In this document: positions 1 through 10,700 of the stretch, in pieces
How positions within the stretch are numbered: the stretch's first letter is position 1
How the letters are laid out: every line of letters begins with the position of its first letter
DNA from: Selaginella moellendorffii
Taxonomy: Eukaryota; Plantae; Lycopodiophyta
Length of the DNA stretch: 64,000 nucleotides
Direction of reading: 5' to 3'
Assembly (NCBI RefSeq): GCF_000143415.4
Contig: NW_003314292.1
Coordinates: 1,185,498 to 1,249,497, forward strand
The notes under the pieces: model-generated
Databases searched by the model: none
What the model saw: only the letters and a program-made list of their open reading frames with translations
Told to the model about the DNA's origin: nothing
Position numbers and translations under genes: made by a program

Positions 1-425
1 GGCTGGCGATATACATCGAAGATGAAAGCCTTTTAACAGAAGCTCTAGTGAACCACGAGGTAAAGCTTCAATTCTGTTTAGTCAAGACTACAGTCTCCGA
101 TTTTGCAGCTGGTTGAGAGGATGATCGGACACTCCCCTTTGGAAGTAAGTGCCGCTATAGCGAGCAACGAACACGCGCGAATGAAATCAAAGATGAGAGA
201 ACTTCAAGCTTTTCTCAAGAGATACCAGGTATTATTATTTTTCTTCTTGTACTTTTGACTGGTTATTTTCTTCAGGGATACATGGACATAGAATTCGGGG
301 ACATCGTGAGGGTTGTGGCCGTGAACGAATGCCTACATGCATCTGGAGATGGATGGACCCTTCTCGCCCGAGTTGAGGCCCAAAGCTCGAGTAGTATGGA
401 GATGGACTTGTTTAATATTAATTAG
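1..425 (+). CDS. RMI1: 3' exons of an RMI1 gene copy (C-terminal OB fold), truncated by the window edge
   Basis: Near-identical to 44789-45213. Spliced reading LAIYIEDESLLTEALVNHE/LVERMIGHSPLEV...RYQ/GYMDIEFGD...NIN* with GT-AG introns. Confidence 0.85.
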
Positions 426-1324
426 AATATATTTATTGTTAAATCACTCTAATAAAATAGTATTAATGTACTTAAATCTAAATTATTAAATTAATGTGGC
501 ATTCAATAAAGTACAATTAAAAGTTTTACACAGTTGAATTTTATAGATATTTTTGTCATTAAAATTAATTAAGTGTTCAAAAGTTGGATCCTAATTGTTT
601 TGAAACCAGGAATAACCTTTAAAAAATATTATTTATTACGTTTGCTATCACAAAGTAAATCATTATAATCCATAAAAATTACTTTAAATAAAAATGTAAA
701 TGAATTAAATTTGATACTGGATTGTGTACAAGTGGGACAATAATGACACTACAACTCCCATTATCATCCACTTGTAGAATAAAAAATAGATAACTTGATG
801 TTAGTTTATTTTTTTTAATCTTATAGTATATAATTTATTTAAGGGGCTCCTTGCTCAATAGAAGGGATTGTATTGGGTGTTCTGTCAAGTTAAATTGTAA
901 GTTTATGAGGTTTGGAATGATGTTTAATAGACTAATCTTCCAAAAATTATGCATATGTAATAGTTATAACACTTCATACAAAAGGAGTAGGAACAACTAG
1001 CACTACTTATAGATTTATTGATGTTGGGACAAAGTATACTATATATTATATACTAATATTAGTATAGTGGAATTTTGATAGCTGTTGGATTGGTTTTAAT
1101 CTAGGCCACTCACTCTTGTATATAAATTAAGGTGTTTATGTTAATTAATATGCATATTTTTGTATTCCATTTTCATATTCTATACACTCATACTAGAAAT
1201 TAAATAAAATATTATTTTTAATTAATTTTATTGTTATAATTATTCCTCCATATTAATTTTTATAAATGTTAATACTAATTTTCTGGTATCTTATAAAATT
1301 ATAAGTGTTATACAATTTAATAAA

Positions 1325-1367
<43 letters not shown>

Positions 1368-1845
1368 AGTAAATGACTGTATAATTTTATGAAAGCCTAA
1401 AAACCCTAATATTCTATGAATAATTTGGTATTACTATATTAACTAACAAGAACAACTCATAATATATTGTTAGAATTATTCAATTGGATTCCCATTATCA
1501 ACATCTTAGTAGCACATTTTACAAAATTAAACTATAATTTCAAATATTTAGATAGGTTTTTAAATAATGATAAAAGTCATCAAACAACACATGTCAACTT
1601 TTTAAAGCACTTATTAAGTATACATAACATTATTAAAATTAATTTTTCAAGAACATTTTTCCAGGGTAGTTAACCATTAGCAAAAACTGTATTTCTTTAC
1701 AAAAATTCTAACTTAGTTATAAACTAAAACAAATGCTTAATGACAATATTTCATGTTGAAATCCATTTCAATCACCCCTCCATTTGATAATAGCCTCCAG
1801 ATCAGATAATATTGGTTAAAAGAGTCAAACTTTCATGCTTTGCTT
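1..1845 (+). repeat. Segmental duplication, partner 44789-46668
   Basis: Direct match from ggctggcgatatacatcgaagat to agagtcaaactttcatgctttgctt, including an (ATT)n microsatellite in both copies (about 1327-1365 and 46160-46190). Confidence 0.92.
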
Positions 1846-1879
1846 AAAAGAACCCTAATTGTAGACCATGATGAAGGGC

Positions 1880-2180
1880 GGCCTGCCATTAAACACCATC
1901 CTCATTCACTCTCTCTCCACTTACCTGGCGGTGATATGGCATTAGGCCTTCTTTTTGTTTTTTTCTCCAACGCAGTCCTTCTCCCATCTGTCGCTGCTAT
2001 GCACTCCCACCTGCAGCTATTGCCTGCCTGCAGCTCCCACCTGCCCACTCACCCTCACAGCTCTTGCCTGCACTCTCGCCCACCCCCACACGCCCAATGT
2101 GTGCCCTAATTACTTCCACGTGGCCACAACCCCAACACTTAGCCAAATTTCAATTAGCACGCCCTATTCCACCCATAATT
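1880..2180. repeat. About 250-300 bp GC-rich repeat, second copy at about 3478-3730; probable terminal repeats of the MULE-like element
   Basis: Both copies share ttcactctctctccacttacctggc..atggcattaggccttctttttgtttttt ... tgtgtgccctaattacttcc ... ccaaattt. Each sits next to an end of the transposase remnant. Confidence 0.6.
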
Positions 2181-2215
2181 GACCTAAAAATGTTTCTGTT
2201 TCTTTTATGATCAAG

Positions 2216-2396
2216 CATGGCGGCAGCACATCAATTTCTAGAGGTAAGCAATCAATTCAACTTCATATTGATTCAAGAAAATCATTGAGGATCCCCATGG
2301 CTTGATGAGGTGCAAGAATTCTATGAAAAGGATTGTTTTTGTGTAGATGATTTAGATTGGAATTTGTCTAAATTAAATGAAACTATAGCTCTTATT
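2216..2396 (+). pseudogene. Probable N-terminal fragment of the MULE/SWIM-type transposase
   Basis: Reads PWLDEVQEFYEKDCFCVDDLDWNLSKLNETIALI, resembling the F..xDLxW...ALIP start of plant SWIM/MULE proteins. Cut by an LTR-like sequence beginning TGT at 2397. Confidence 0.5.
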
Positions 2397-3470
2397 TGTG
2401 AGACATAAATCCCTAAGCCCCAAAGTGAAGTTAAAAGGGTGCCATGGGGTAATGGCCAAAGTGGAAGCCTAACACATGTAACACATTTGGACTAAAAGCT
2501 CCAACTTGGATAATTGAGAGTGGGAGTGGAACTCCCAACAAAGAGCTCAAGGAACGAGCACAAAGCAAGCAATAAATAAGTCTCTAGAAAAGGGACACAA
2601 AAGGACTAAACATATAATACGTGGAAGTGTCGAGATGGACCCGAGATGGAGTCTGAGATGGAGTCCGAGATGAAGTCTAAAATGGAGTCCGAGATAGGAT
2701 CTGAGAAGGACCCAAGATGGAGTCTGAGATGGAGCCAAGATGGAGTCCGATATGGAGTCCAAGATGAATCTGAGATGGAGTCCAAGATGGAGTTCAAGGT
2801 CAAGGCTAAGACTGAGGCCGATACTGAGACCGAGACTGAAACTGAGACTGAGATTGAGTCTGAGTCTAAGTCCGAGACCGAGTCTAAATCCGAATCTGAG
2901 TCTAAATCCGAATCTGAGTCTAAATCCGAATCTGAGTCTAAGTCCGAGTCCAAGGGTGAAAGCCTAAAGCATTCGTCTCCCAAACCCTAGGGGGTTTGGT
3001 GAGCTCTAAAAATATAGTAGAGGGAGGACTCTAGTAGAGCTAATTTAGCCAAGAAAGGCTAGTGTGACCAAGAAAGGCTATACCCATATATAGGGTGATG
3101 ATAAAACCATTGAGGAGTTCAAAACTAGAGTGAATATAAATAGACAATTTAGCTTCGTGAAGTGTTTAAGAGGTAACTCTAGCTCCCCTGGGAGATTGAA
3201 TGGTCGATATTCCCAATTCAAGTGTGGGTGGCATTACTTGCTTGGATATTTAGCATGGCTCATCAAAACTTCACTCTAGACACATGGCTAGGGCATCTAA
3301 AGGTGGAAGGTGGGGAGTGTACCCACAGGGTTCGCATAAGGCCATGGTGTTTTGAAATATCGTCTCAAAGTCCTAGACTGTGGAAAAGAAGAGGAGTAAC
3401 CCTCTAGTGTAGTGACCAAAAATATGCTCCTATGGTGAGGAAGTCCTAGAGGATAGTGGGATTTAGTGGT
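2397..3470 (-). mobile_element. LTR-like repeat (family D) with an internal GAGWCY/GAGATG minisatellite (about 2630-2955)
   Basis: TGT terminus at 2397. Homologous pieces at about 27290-27720 (direct) and 34330-34710, 55660-56050 and 59840-59930 (inverted). Confidence 0.6.
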
Positions 3471-3899
3471 TGGGCCTGATTCACTCTCTCTCCACTTACC
3501 TGGCAATGACATGGCATTAGGCCTTCTTTTTGTTTTTTCTCTAGCGCACTCCCTCTCCCATTCGTCGCCGCTATGCACTCCTGCCCACGGTTCTTGGCAT
3601 CCACATGCCCTCATGGCTCCCGTCTGCACTCCCACCCACCCCCGCACATCTGCCCATGCCCAGTGTGTGCCCTAATTACTTCCTTATGGCCATAGCCCTA
3701 ACACTTGGCCAAATTTGAATCAGCATGCACGTGGACACCTTTTTGCATGCTTTATGTGGCCAATGAATGTCATGGATGACCATTAGGAGTGGTGATCCTA
3801 TGAAATCTTCTAACTAATTTAAATATATGCAATGTAAGTACATAAAGAGTTTGTTTTTATATTTATTCTTTACTAAGATTGATTTTTTCATTTAAAGAA

Positions 3900-6238
3900 C
3901 TTTTCTTTCTTATCTTCCTCTGCCTAGTAAAAGGAATTGCTTTTGGACTACTAAAAGCTTTTTTTTATCTGTAATTCTTTCCACCAAAGGTTTTGCCCGC
4001 TTCATAACTATTAACATGCTATTAAAATTCTACTGCAAAATGAATAAAATTGCATGGCCTAGTTTTAAAGGTTGCACCTTTCTATTGTATCATTTCTAAA
4101 TTGTTGTCAACCATAGATAAAAAAGCTTCTTCATTAGGAAGATTTTGTAAAATATCAATCATCTTTTGCTGCAATATCACTTTTATAACTTTTGATAGAG
4201 TGATATCTTCCTGCTCAAAGTTCATATCAATATTTAAAATTTGTTTAGTGTAAATTACTTGTATAGTACTCCTTAGCTAAATTTTTTGTTGATGATACAC
4301 ATTTTGATGGATATTTTTTTGCTCAATATTCATATATATTAGTATATAAAATATGCTAGTTTACCTCTATGTAGTCTCCAACTAAATTTTTTTGCTCATG
4401 ATAAAAATTTTGATGGATATTTTTCTGCTCAAATTTTTATAAGTATTTCAAAATTTTAATTAATAAGTGAATTATCTCTGTCATAGCTTCCAAGTCAAGT
4501 GCTTCAAAATTTTGATAATGATAAAATAAGTCATCTGACCTAGGTTCTAAAATTACATGTGATTGTGATGGTTGAAACTCATAACTAGTTGCAATTCAGA
4601 TGGTTTTCTCTCCTTGTTTTAATATAATAGTTTTTGCTTGATGCTTGTAAAAGTTTTTTTTGGTTGCCCATGGACAATTACACCAAGTCAAAAAATCCCA
4701 ATCACTGTGTCCTTCACTTCCAACAACAAAATGCCATATAACTAGATCTAAAAAGGATTGTACATAAGATTTGTGAGTATTGTTATTATCGAATTTTATT
4801 TGAGAGTTGTTAATATTTTTTGCTTTAACAATCGCACCATTGATTAACTTTTCATATGAATGGTTTCAAATAAAACCATGATCTTTGTAATAACTAGTAA
4901 ACCAGTACTTTGCATGAACCTTAGTAGTAAGTTGATAAATTGCCCAATCAATCCTTCGATTACGGGCATGTTTTTTCTCAAACGAGTGTATAGCTTTCAT
5001 ATTTGCATGGAATGCCTTAATCAAAATATTTATCTCCTTGTTAGCATGAGGGAAATTTCGAGCAGCAACAACCCACATATCTATTAAATATAAATAGAAA
5101 TATATTATAAAAATCAAAATATTGATTCACTAACCAACTTTGTCCTTCCATTCATCTTGAAAATACTTGATAAAGGCTACTTCATTTTGAAAATCCACCT
5201 CAAAATGTTCAATAAGTTGTTTAATCTCAGTTCACATAATATTATCATCATCAAAAGCTACATAAATTAAATGATACATAATATCTTCAAGACGTTTCCA
5301 TATTTCCTTCCTAATATCCTAAATTTCACTTTATGAATAATATATCTGAGCCAATTCCTTGTTACATACCAAATATATAATAAAATTTGACAATCAAATG
5401 TAGCTCTATATAAAAGAAAAAAAATTATATCATTTTAAATTAATTACCTTATACCATTAATCTATACTTCAGCATTATTAATCATTATCACATATGGTTT
5501 CCATTCTGGTATGTGTTCTAAAATTCATTTTTTAAGAGATATCATCCAATTCTTCATATGTTCTTCTTTTTCATTAGAAGTTAAAACTCAGGCCCCAATA
5601 TGCAATTGGAATACTATTTCCATGATAATCAAAAGCAAGGTGTATAATGGGAACTATAAATTATTAAATATTATTCACTTAAAAATAAATGAAAATTTTA
5701 CCTTGTAGCAATTAGTTCCAAAAGTTGCATCAAGACTCAATAAATTATTATTTGCAAAGTCCACCATCTTTTGTAGTTGCCAAGTTATCTGAATCCCAAT
5801 AGTTAAACAATCTTTATCTCGATCACCTTCCTAATAGAAAAATACTTTCTTAGGATTTGTGTTTTTCCAAATATGTACACTCTATGCATCATTCTCATGT
5901 AGTTGATAAGTTGAAAGCAAATACTTCTTATGTAAATTATTGATATCTTGTATACGTGGAAAATCATCTCGAGAAGCTGATTTATTTCTTCCCACAATTT
6001 GTATATGCTCATTACAAATTTGATTTGATGTGAAATCTTGCTAGATCATATGAATCATACAATATCGAATATCTACTGAAAGCTTCTAAGAAAATAATGA
6101 CTTTCCTCCAGTTGGATCAAGTTGACCATGACAAGGAATCCCATTCTTATCACAATGCTCTCTATGATAATATGTAATCTACACATAATCAAGCTATTTG
6201 TAAAACTATTTGACCAAAAAATTGTAAAGACAACCCCG
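3900..6238 (-). pseudogene. Decayed Mutator-like (MULE) DDE transposase with SWIM zinc finger; upstream part continues at about 26487-26665
   Basis: Minus-strand motifs: RGCLYN..HCDKNGIPCHGQLD (about 6120-6238), NLLSLDATFGTNCYK (about 5705-5750), WVVAARNFPHANKEIN...RRIDWAI (4866-5117) and SWIM-like WCNCPWATKKNFYKH (about 4640-4690). Many stops. Confidence 0.8.
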
Positions 6239-6691
6239 TGTAAGCTTGTGAGTTTAAACTTCCCGGAAAGCCACCCAGCTCAATACTATTCAAACCCAAA
6301 GATGTCAAGAAACCCCCAATTCTTGCCACATTCCTGACTCTCACCGGATTCCTGACTCGCAGACCATATTCTTGACTCTTGAGACAGTTCCCTATTCCTG
6401 ACTCTCGAGACACTTCCCTATTCTTGATTTTCTGATTTCCCATACGATTCTAGAGTCTTGAACCACATTCTTGATGATGATGTGGCACCTCCTTGACCTC
6501 AGCTATATTTAGGCCGTTCTCGATCCAAGAGTGGTGAAGCTTCCTTAATCTATAGTATATATAGGTTAACCTTGTTCCATTTTTTCACAATTTGAATCAA
6601 CGCCAGTCTAAGGCCTTTTCTTTGTTTCCACTAGCTTTTCTCTTTGTCTTTTGCATTTTCTAGTTTTGATCTTGTTGGGGGTCTTGATAGT

Positions 6692-6706
6692 TTGATTCAG
6701 ATTGTG
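6692..6706 (+). promoter_or_regulatory. Non-tRNA primer-binding site of element A (self-priming type)
   Basis: TTGATTCAGATTGTG is complementary to LTR positions 6586-6600 (CACAATTTGAATCAA), which lie just downstream of the TATA-like tatatata at about 6556. Confidence 0.75.
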
Positions 6707-7726
6707 TTTTTTGCTTTTGCTTTAGCTCGTTTTGATTGTTTGACTGCCTTTGCCTTTTTTCCCCCTTTTCTTTCTTTTTTTCCGATGGAGTCTCCAAGCC
6801 ATCCTGATTTCTTTGCCGAAGTCCTTGCAAAAATCCAGTCTGAGAATACCGAGATGAAGGTGACTCTTCTTCACATGCAATAGGAGCTTGCTTCACTTTT
6901 GGCTCAAGGATCAAGCGAGTTCCTGAACCAAAGGTGAGTCCCCGGCGAAGTTCTCAGGCAAGCGTTCAGAGCTTCGCGGATTCCTGGACCAGATGGAGCT
7001 GATCTTCGCACTTCAACATTGGCGGTACCCCACTCCCGAGTCTCAAATCGGCGCGATTGGGACGTTGCTCGAAGGTGTAGCTTTGTCATGGATTTCTCCT
7101 CTCATGGAGAAGAGCATGAAAGGGGTCGTGGTTCTGGAGCTGATGGATCTTCAATTGTTCAAAGAGAAGCTCGAAGCATGTTTTGGCGAGACGGATCGGG
7201 TTCGGGCTGCCACCACAAAGATGAGACGTCTCTCTCAAGGGTCTCGTTCTGCCTTGATCTATGCTGTAGAGTTCCAACTCCTTGCCTTGGACACTCAGTG
7301 GGATGAGCGGGCCCTGATTGATCAATTTCATTTTGGCCTCAACAACAGTGTCAAGGATTTGTTGCTCACCATGGAGGATCCCACGGACCTGTCGGATGCC
7401 ATCGACAAAGTTTTTTGATGTGACAATCATCTCTTTGAACGTCGTCAAGAAAGTTGCCACGCCACCGTTTTCTTGTCCCAGACTCAGGAATCCCAGCTTG
7501 AGTCTTCGGGGCATATTCCTGAACCTATTACTCCGGTCCTAATGGATATCTCTGGTACTCCCCGACTCATTAGAGGGAAGTTGAGTCCTATTGAGAAGCA
7601 ACATTGAGTATCTCATAATCTTTGCCTCTACTGTGTTGATCCTAATCACAAAGCAGCTGTGTGTCCCAAGAAGCCTCCTCGACTGCTCGAATTCACTCTG
7701 CCTCAAGGTCCACCTCTATTGCAGTC

Positions 7727-7733
7727 GGGAAAC
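7727..7733 (+). other. -1 ribosomal frameshift slippery site GGGAAAC between gag and pol of element A
   Basis: The gag frame reads TCG GGA AAC ... TAG shortly after. The protease-containing ORF 7661-8170 is in the -1 frame. Confidence 0.7.
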
Positions 7734-10700
7734 GACCCTGTCCAAATAGAGTAGGAGCTATCTGTTTGGACTCCCCGAATAAAAATCACTTTTCTTCTTT
7801 ATCAAGCTCCTCACCACCTTTCATCAAAGCCACCACCAATTTCCACAACTTCCACATCCCATGTCTCCTTTCTTTTACTGGACAATCAGGACTCAAGGCT
7901 TTGGCCCTACTGGACTCGGGTGCAACTTCCTGCTTCATGGACACGGATTTTGCTACCCGACATCATGTTCCTCTTTCTCCTACTATATGGGATCTGAGGG
8001 TTGAAGGCATTGGTGGGCATTTTGTGTCTCCATTTTCTAGACTTAGGGAAATGTTGCCCGTTCGAGTACACATCGGGTCTACCGTCACTGATATCACCTT
8101 CAGCATTATCAACAGCAAGTCCTCCTCTATAGTGCTTGGCCTTCCTTGGTTCCAACTGCACCAGCCCTAGATCTGTTGGAAAGAATTACAACTTATCTCT
8201 CCCACGTCACCATCTCCCACGTCTTCCTCTGCTATTCATCGAGTCCGAATCAGGAAAAGTTCCCTAAACTCAAATCAGGGTTTTGTTCTTGACTCTACAA
8301 AATTTTCACCCTTTTCTTTCCCCTCTCTTCCATATTACACTAGACAGTATCCTCATCTCATCATTCCATTCAGTTGTACGCCTCCTCCTATCTCCACAAT
8401 CACAATGAAAGAACTCCTTCATGAAGAACTTGTTTTCCTTTTTGCTTTACATGTTTCTCTTGTCAGTCTTCCTAAGAAGTATCATGATTTTGAGGATGTG
8501 TTTGACAAGAAAAAAGCTAGTGTACTGCCTGTTCATTGGCCTTATGACTGTTCTATTGATTTACAGGAAGGAGCGTCACCTCCGTGGGGGCCTATCTACG
8601 GATTATCCCCGTCCAAGCTTAAGGTCCTCAAAGAGCATGTGGACGAGAACTTTGCCTCGGGGTACATTCAGCATTCGCAGTCCTTGGTTGGAGCACCTGT
8701 CTTCTTTGTCAAGAAGAAGGATGGGAGTTTGCGGCTAGTCATCGACTATCAAGGTTTGAACAAGGTGACTTTTCAGAACCGTTATCCGTTGCCCTTGATC
8801 TTGGACCTATTGGAACACCTTGGCGGTGCCCACTTCTTCACCAAGATCGACCTCTGTGGAGCATACAACCTGATCCAGATCCGGCCTGGCGATGAATGGA
8901 AGACTGCGTTCCAAACCCGCTATGGCCACTTCGAGTACACTGTCATGCCGTTTGGCTTGACAAATGCTCCAGCAGTTTTCCAACACATGGCAAACGACGT
9001 GTTTTGGGAGTTTCTTGATCAAATGGTGATCGTCTACCTCGATGACATCTTCATCTACTCAAAAACTCAGGAGGAGCACGATGAGCATGTGCGCAAGGTG
9101 CTAGTGAAGTTGCAGGAACACGACCTATACGCGAAGCTTGAGAAATGTTCCTTCGATTAGGAGTCTATGGAGTTCCTTGGGTACATTGTCACTCCTGAGG
9201 GTATCACGATGGATCCTGCCAAAGTCAAGACTATTCTCAAATGGGAGCCTCCACAATCAATGTCGGACATTCAAGTTTTCCTTGGCTTCGCCAACTTCTA
9301 CCACAAATTCATTGCTCACTACTCTAACATTGTCCTTCCTGTCACGCATCTCACTCACAAGGATGTTCCCTTCTCTTGGTTTGCTGCTACCCAACAGGCC
9401 TTCAACACACTCAAGGTGGCCTTCAGTTCTACTCTTGTTTTGATCCACACTAATCCCTCACAACCTTTCTTCATCAAGGTGGACACCTCCGACTTTGCCA
9501 TCGGTGCTGTGCTGTTTCAATTCGGAGCGGATCAAGAATTTCATCCAGTCGCTTTCCATTCTCAAAAATTCCAGCCTGCGGAGATCAATTATGAAATCCA
9601 CGACAAGGAGCTCCTTGCCATCGTGGATTCCTTTGGAGAGTGGTGTCATTTCTTAGAGGGGGCAAGCCACCAAACAATGGTCTCGATGGATCACAAAAAT
9701 CTTGAGTACTTTGCCACTTTCCAAGTTTTGAGCTATCGTTAGGCAAAGTGAGCACAATTCCTGAGTCGGTTTAACTTTGTTATCAAGTATAGACCTAGAA
9801 AGCTTCAGGGCTTTTTTGATACTCTTTCAAGGCGCTCCTATCTCAGTCTCAAGCCTGGTAATCTTGCCTTCGATCAACAGGATCAGGTTATCCTCGGTCC
9901 TGATCAGCTTCATGTTATGGCAATTTCCCTGGCCCCTCAAGACTCCTCCTTGATGGATGCGATTAGAAATAATCTTCAATCTGACAACCTCGTCAGCGAC
10001 ATTTTCCCCCATCTTTAGGCTGGACACCCAGTGACTCCTGACTGCTAGCAATTTGATGAGTTCAAGGTTTTAGATGGCTTGTTGTACCATGGGGAGCAGC
10101 TTTATGTTCCTGAAGGTGATGCTCGAAGGTTGGTCTTAATAGCGTGTCACGATAGCCCAACTGCTGGTCACTTCAGCATTGTGAAAACCTATGAGCTGGT
10201 TGCACGGGACTTCTGGTGGCCCCACATAGAGGACTACATCAAAGTTTTTGTTACCTTCTGTGACACTTGCGCCCGAAATAAGGTACCTCACCACCTTCCT
10301 TCAGGTTTGCTTCATTCCCTCCCAGTCCCTTCAGGTCCTTGGGAATCCATCTTCAGGATTTCTTGAGTGATCTTCTGAGTTCTTGAGGCTTCAATAGCAT
10401 TTGAGTTGTGGTGAATCGCTTAACAAAGATGGCACACTTTCTGTCGTGTACCAAGGAGTTTTCGGGCGAGGACATGGCAAAATTGTTATTTAAGGTAATT
10501 TTGCGACTTCATGGGATTCCTATAGATGTGGTTTCGAATCAGGGACCTCAGTTCATCTCTCATTTTTGGCAATGGTTCTTGCAGTTGCTTGGAGTGAAGG
10601 CCAACCTCTCTTCAGTGTATCATCCTCAAACTAATGGATAGTCGGAGTGAATGATTCAAACATTGGAACAATTATTAAGGTGCTTCATCAATTATCATCA

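Noticed and set aside
430-1835. AT-rich stretch possibly hiding a decayed gene
   Set aside because: Manual translation gave no recognisable motif and frequent stops in the frames tried.
2547-2990. ESE/SDS/LSL-rich ORFs on both strands, and similar ones at 12162-12393 and 34344-34535
   Set aside because: By-products of a stop-poor hexamer minisatellite inside LTR-like repeats.
3380-3465. 5S rRNA-like core as in Cassandra TRIMs (GAAGTCCT)
   Set aside because: Only an 8-nt match, with no A, IE or C box context.
6234-6238. TSD for element C (CCCCG versus TCACG at 26487-26491)
   Set aside because: Only a 3/5 match, so it is not used as evidence. The boundaries rest on the LTR termini, the PPT and the flanking transposase motifs.
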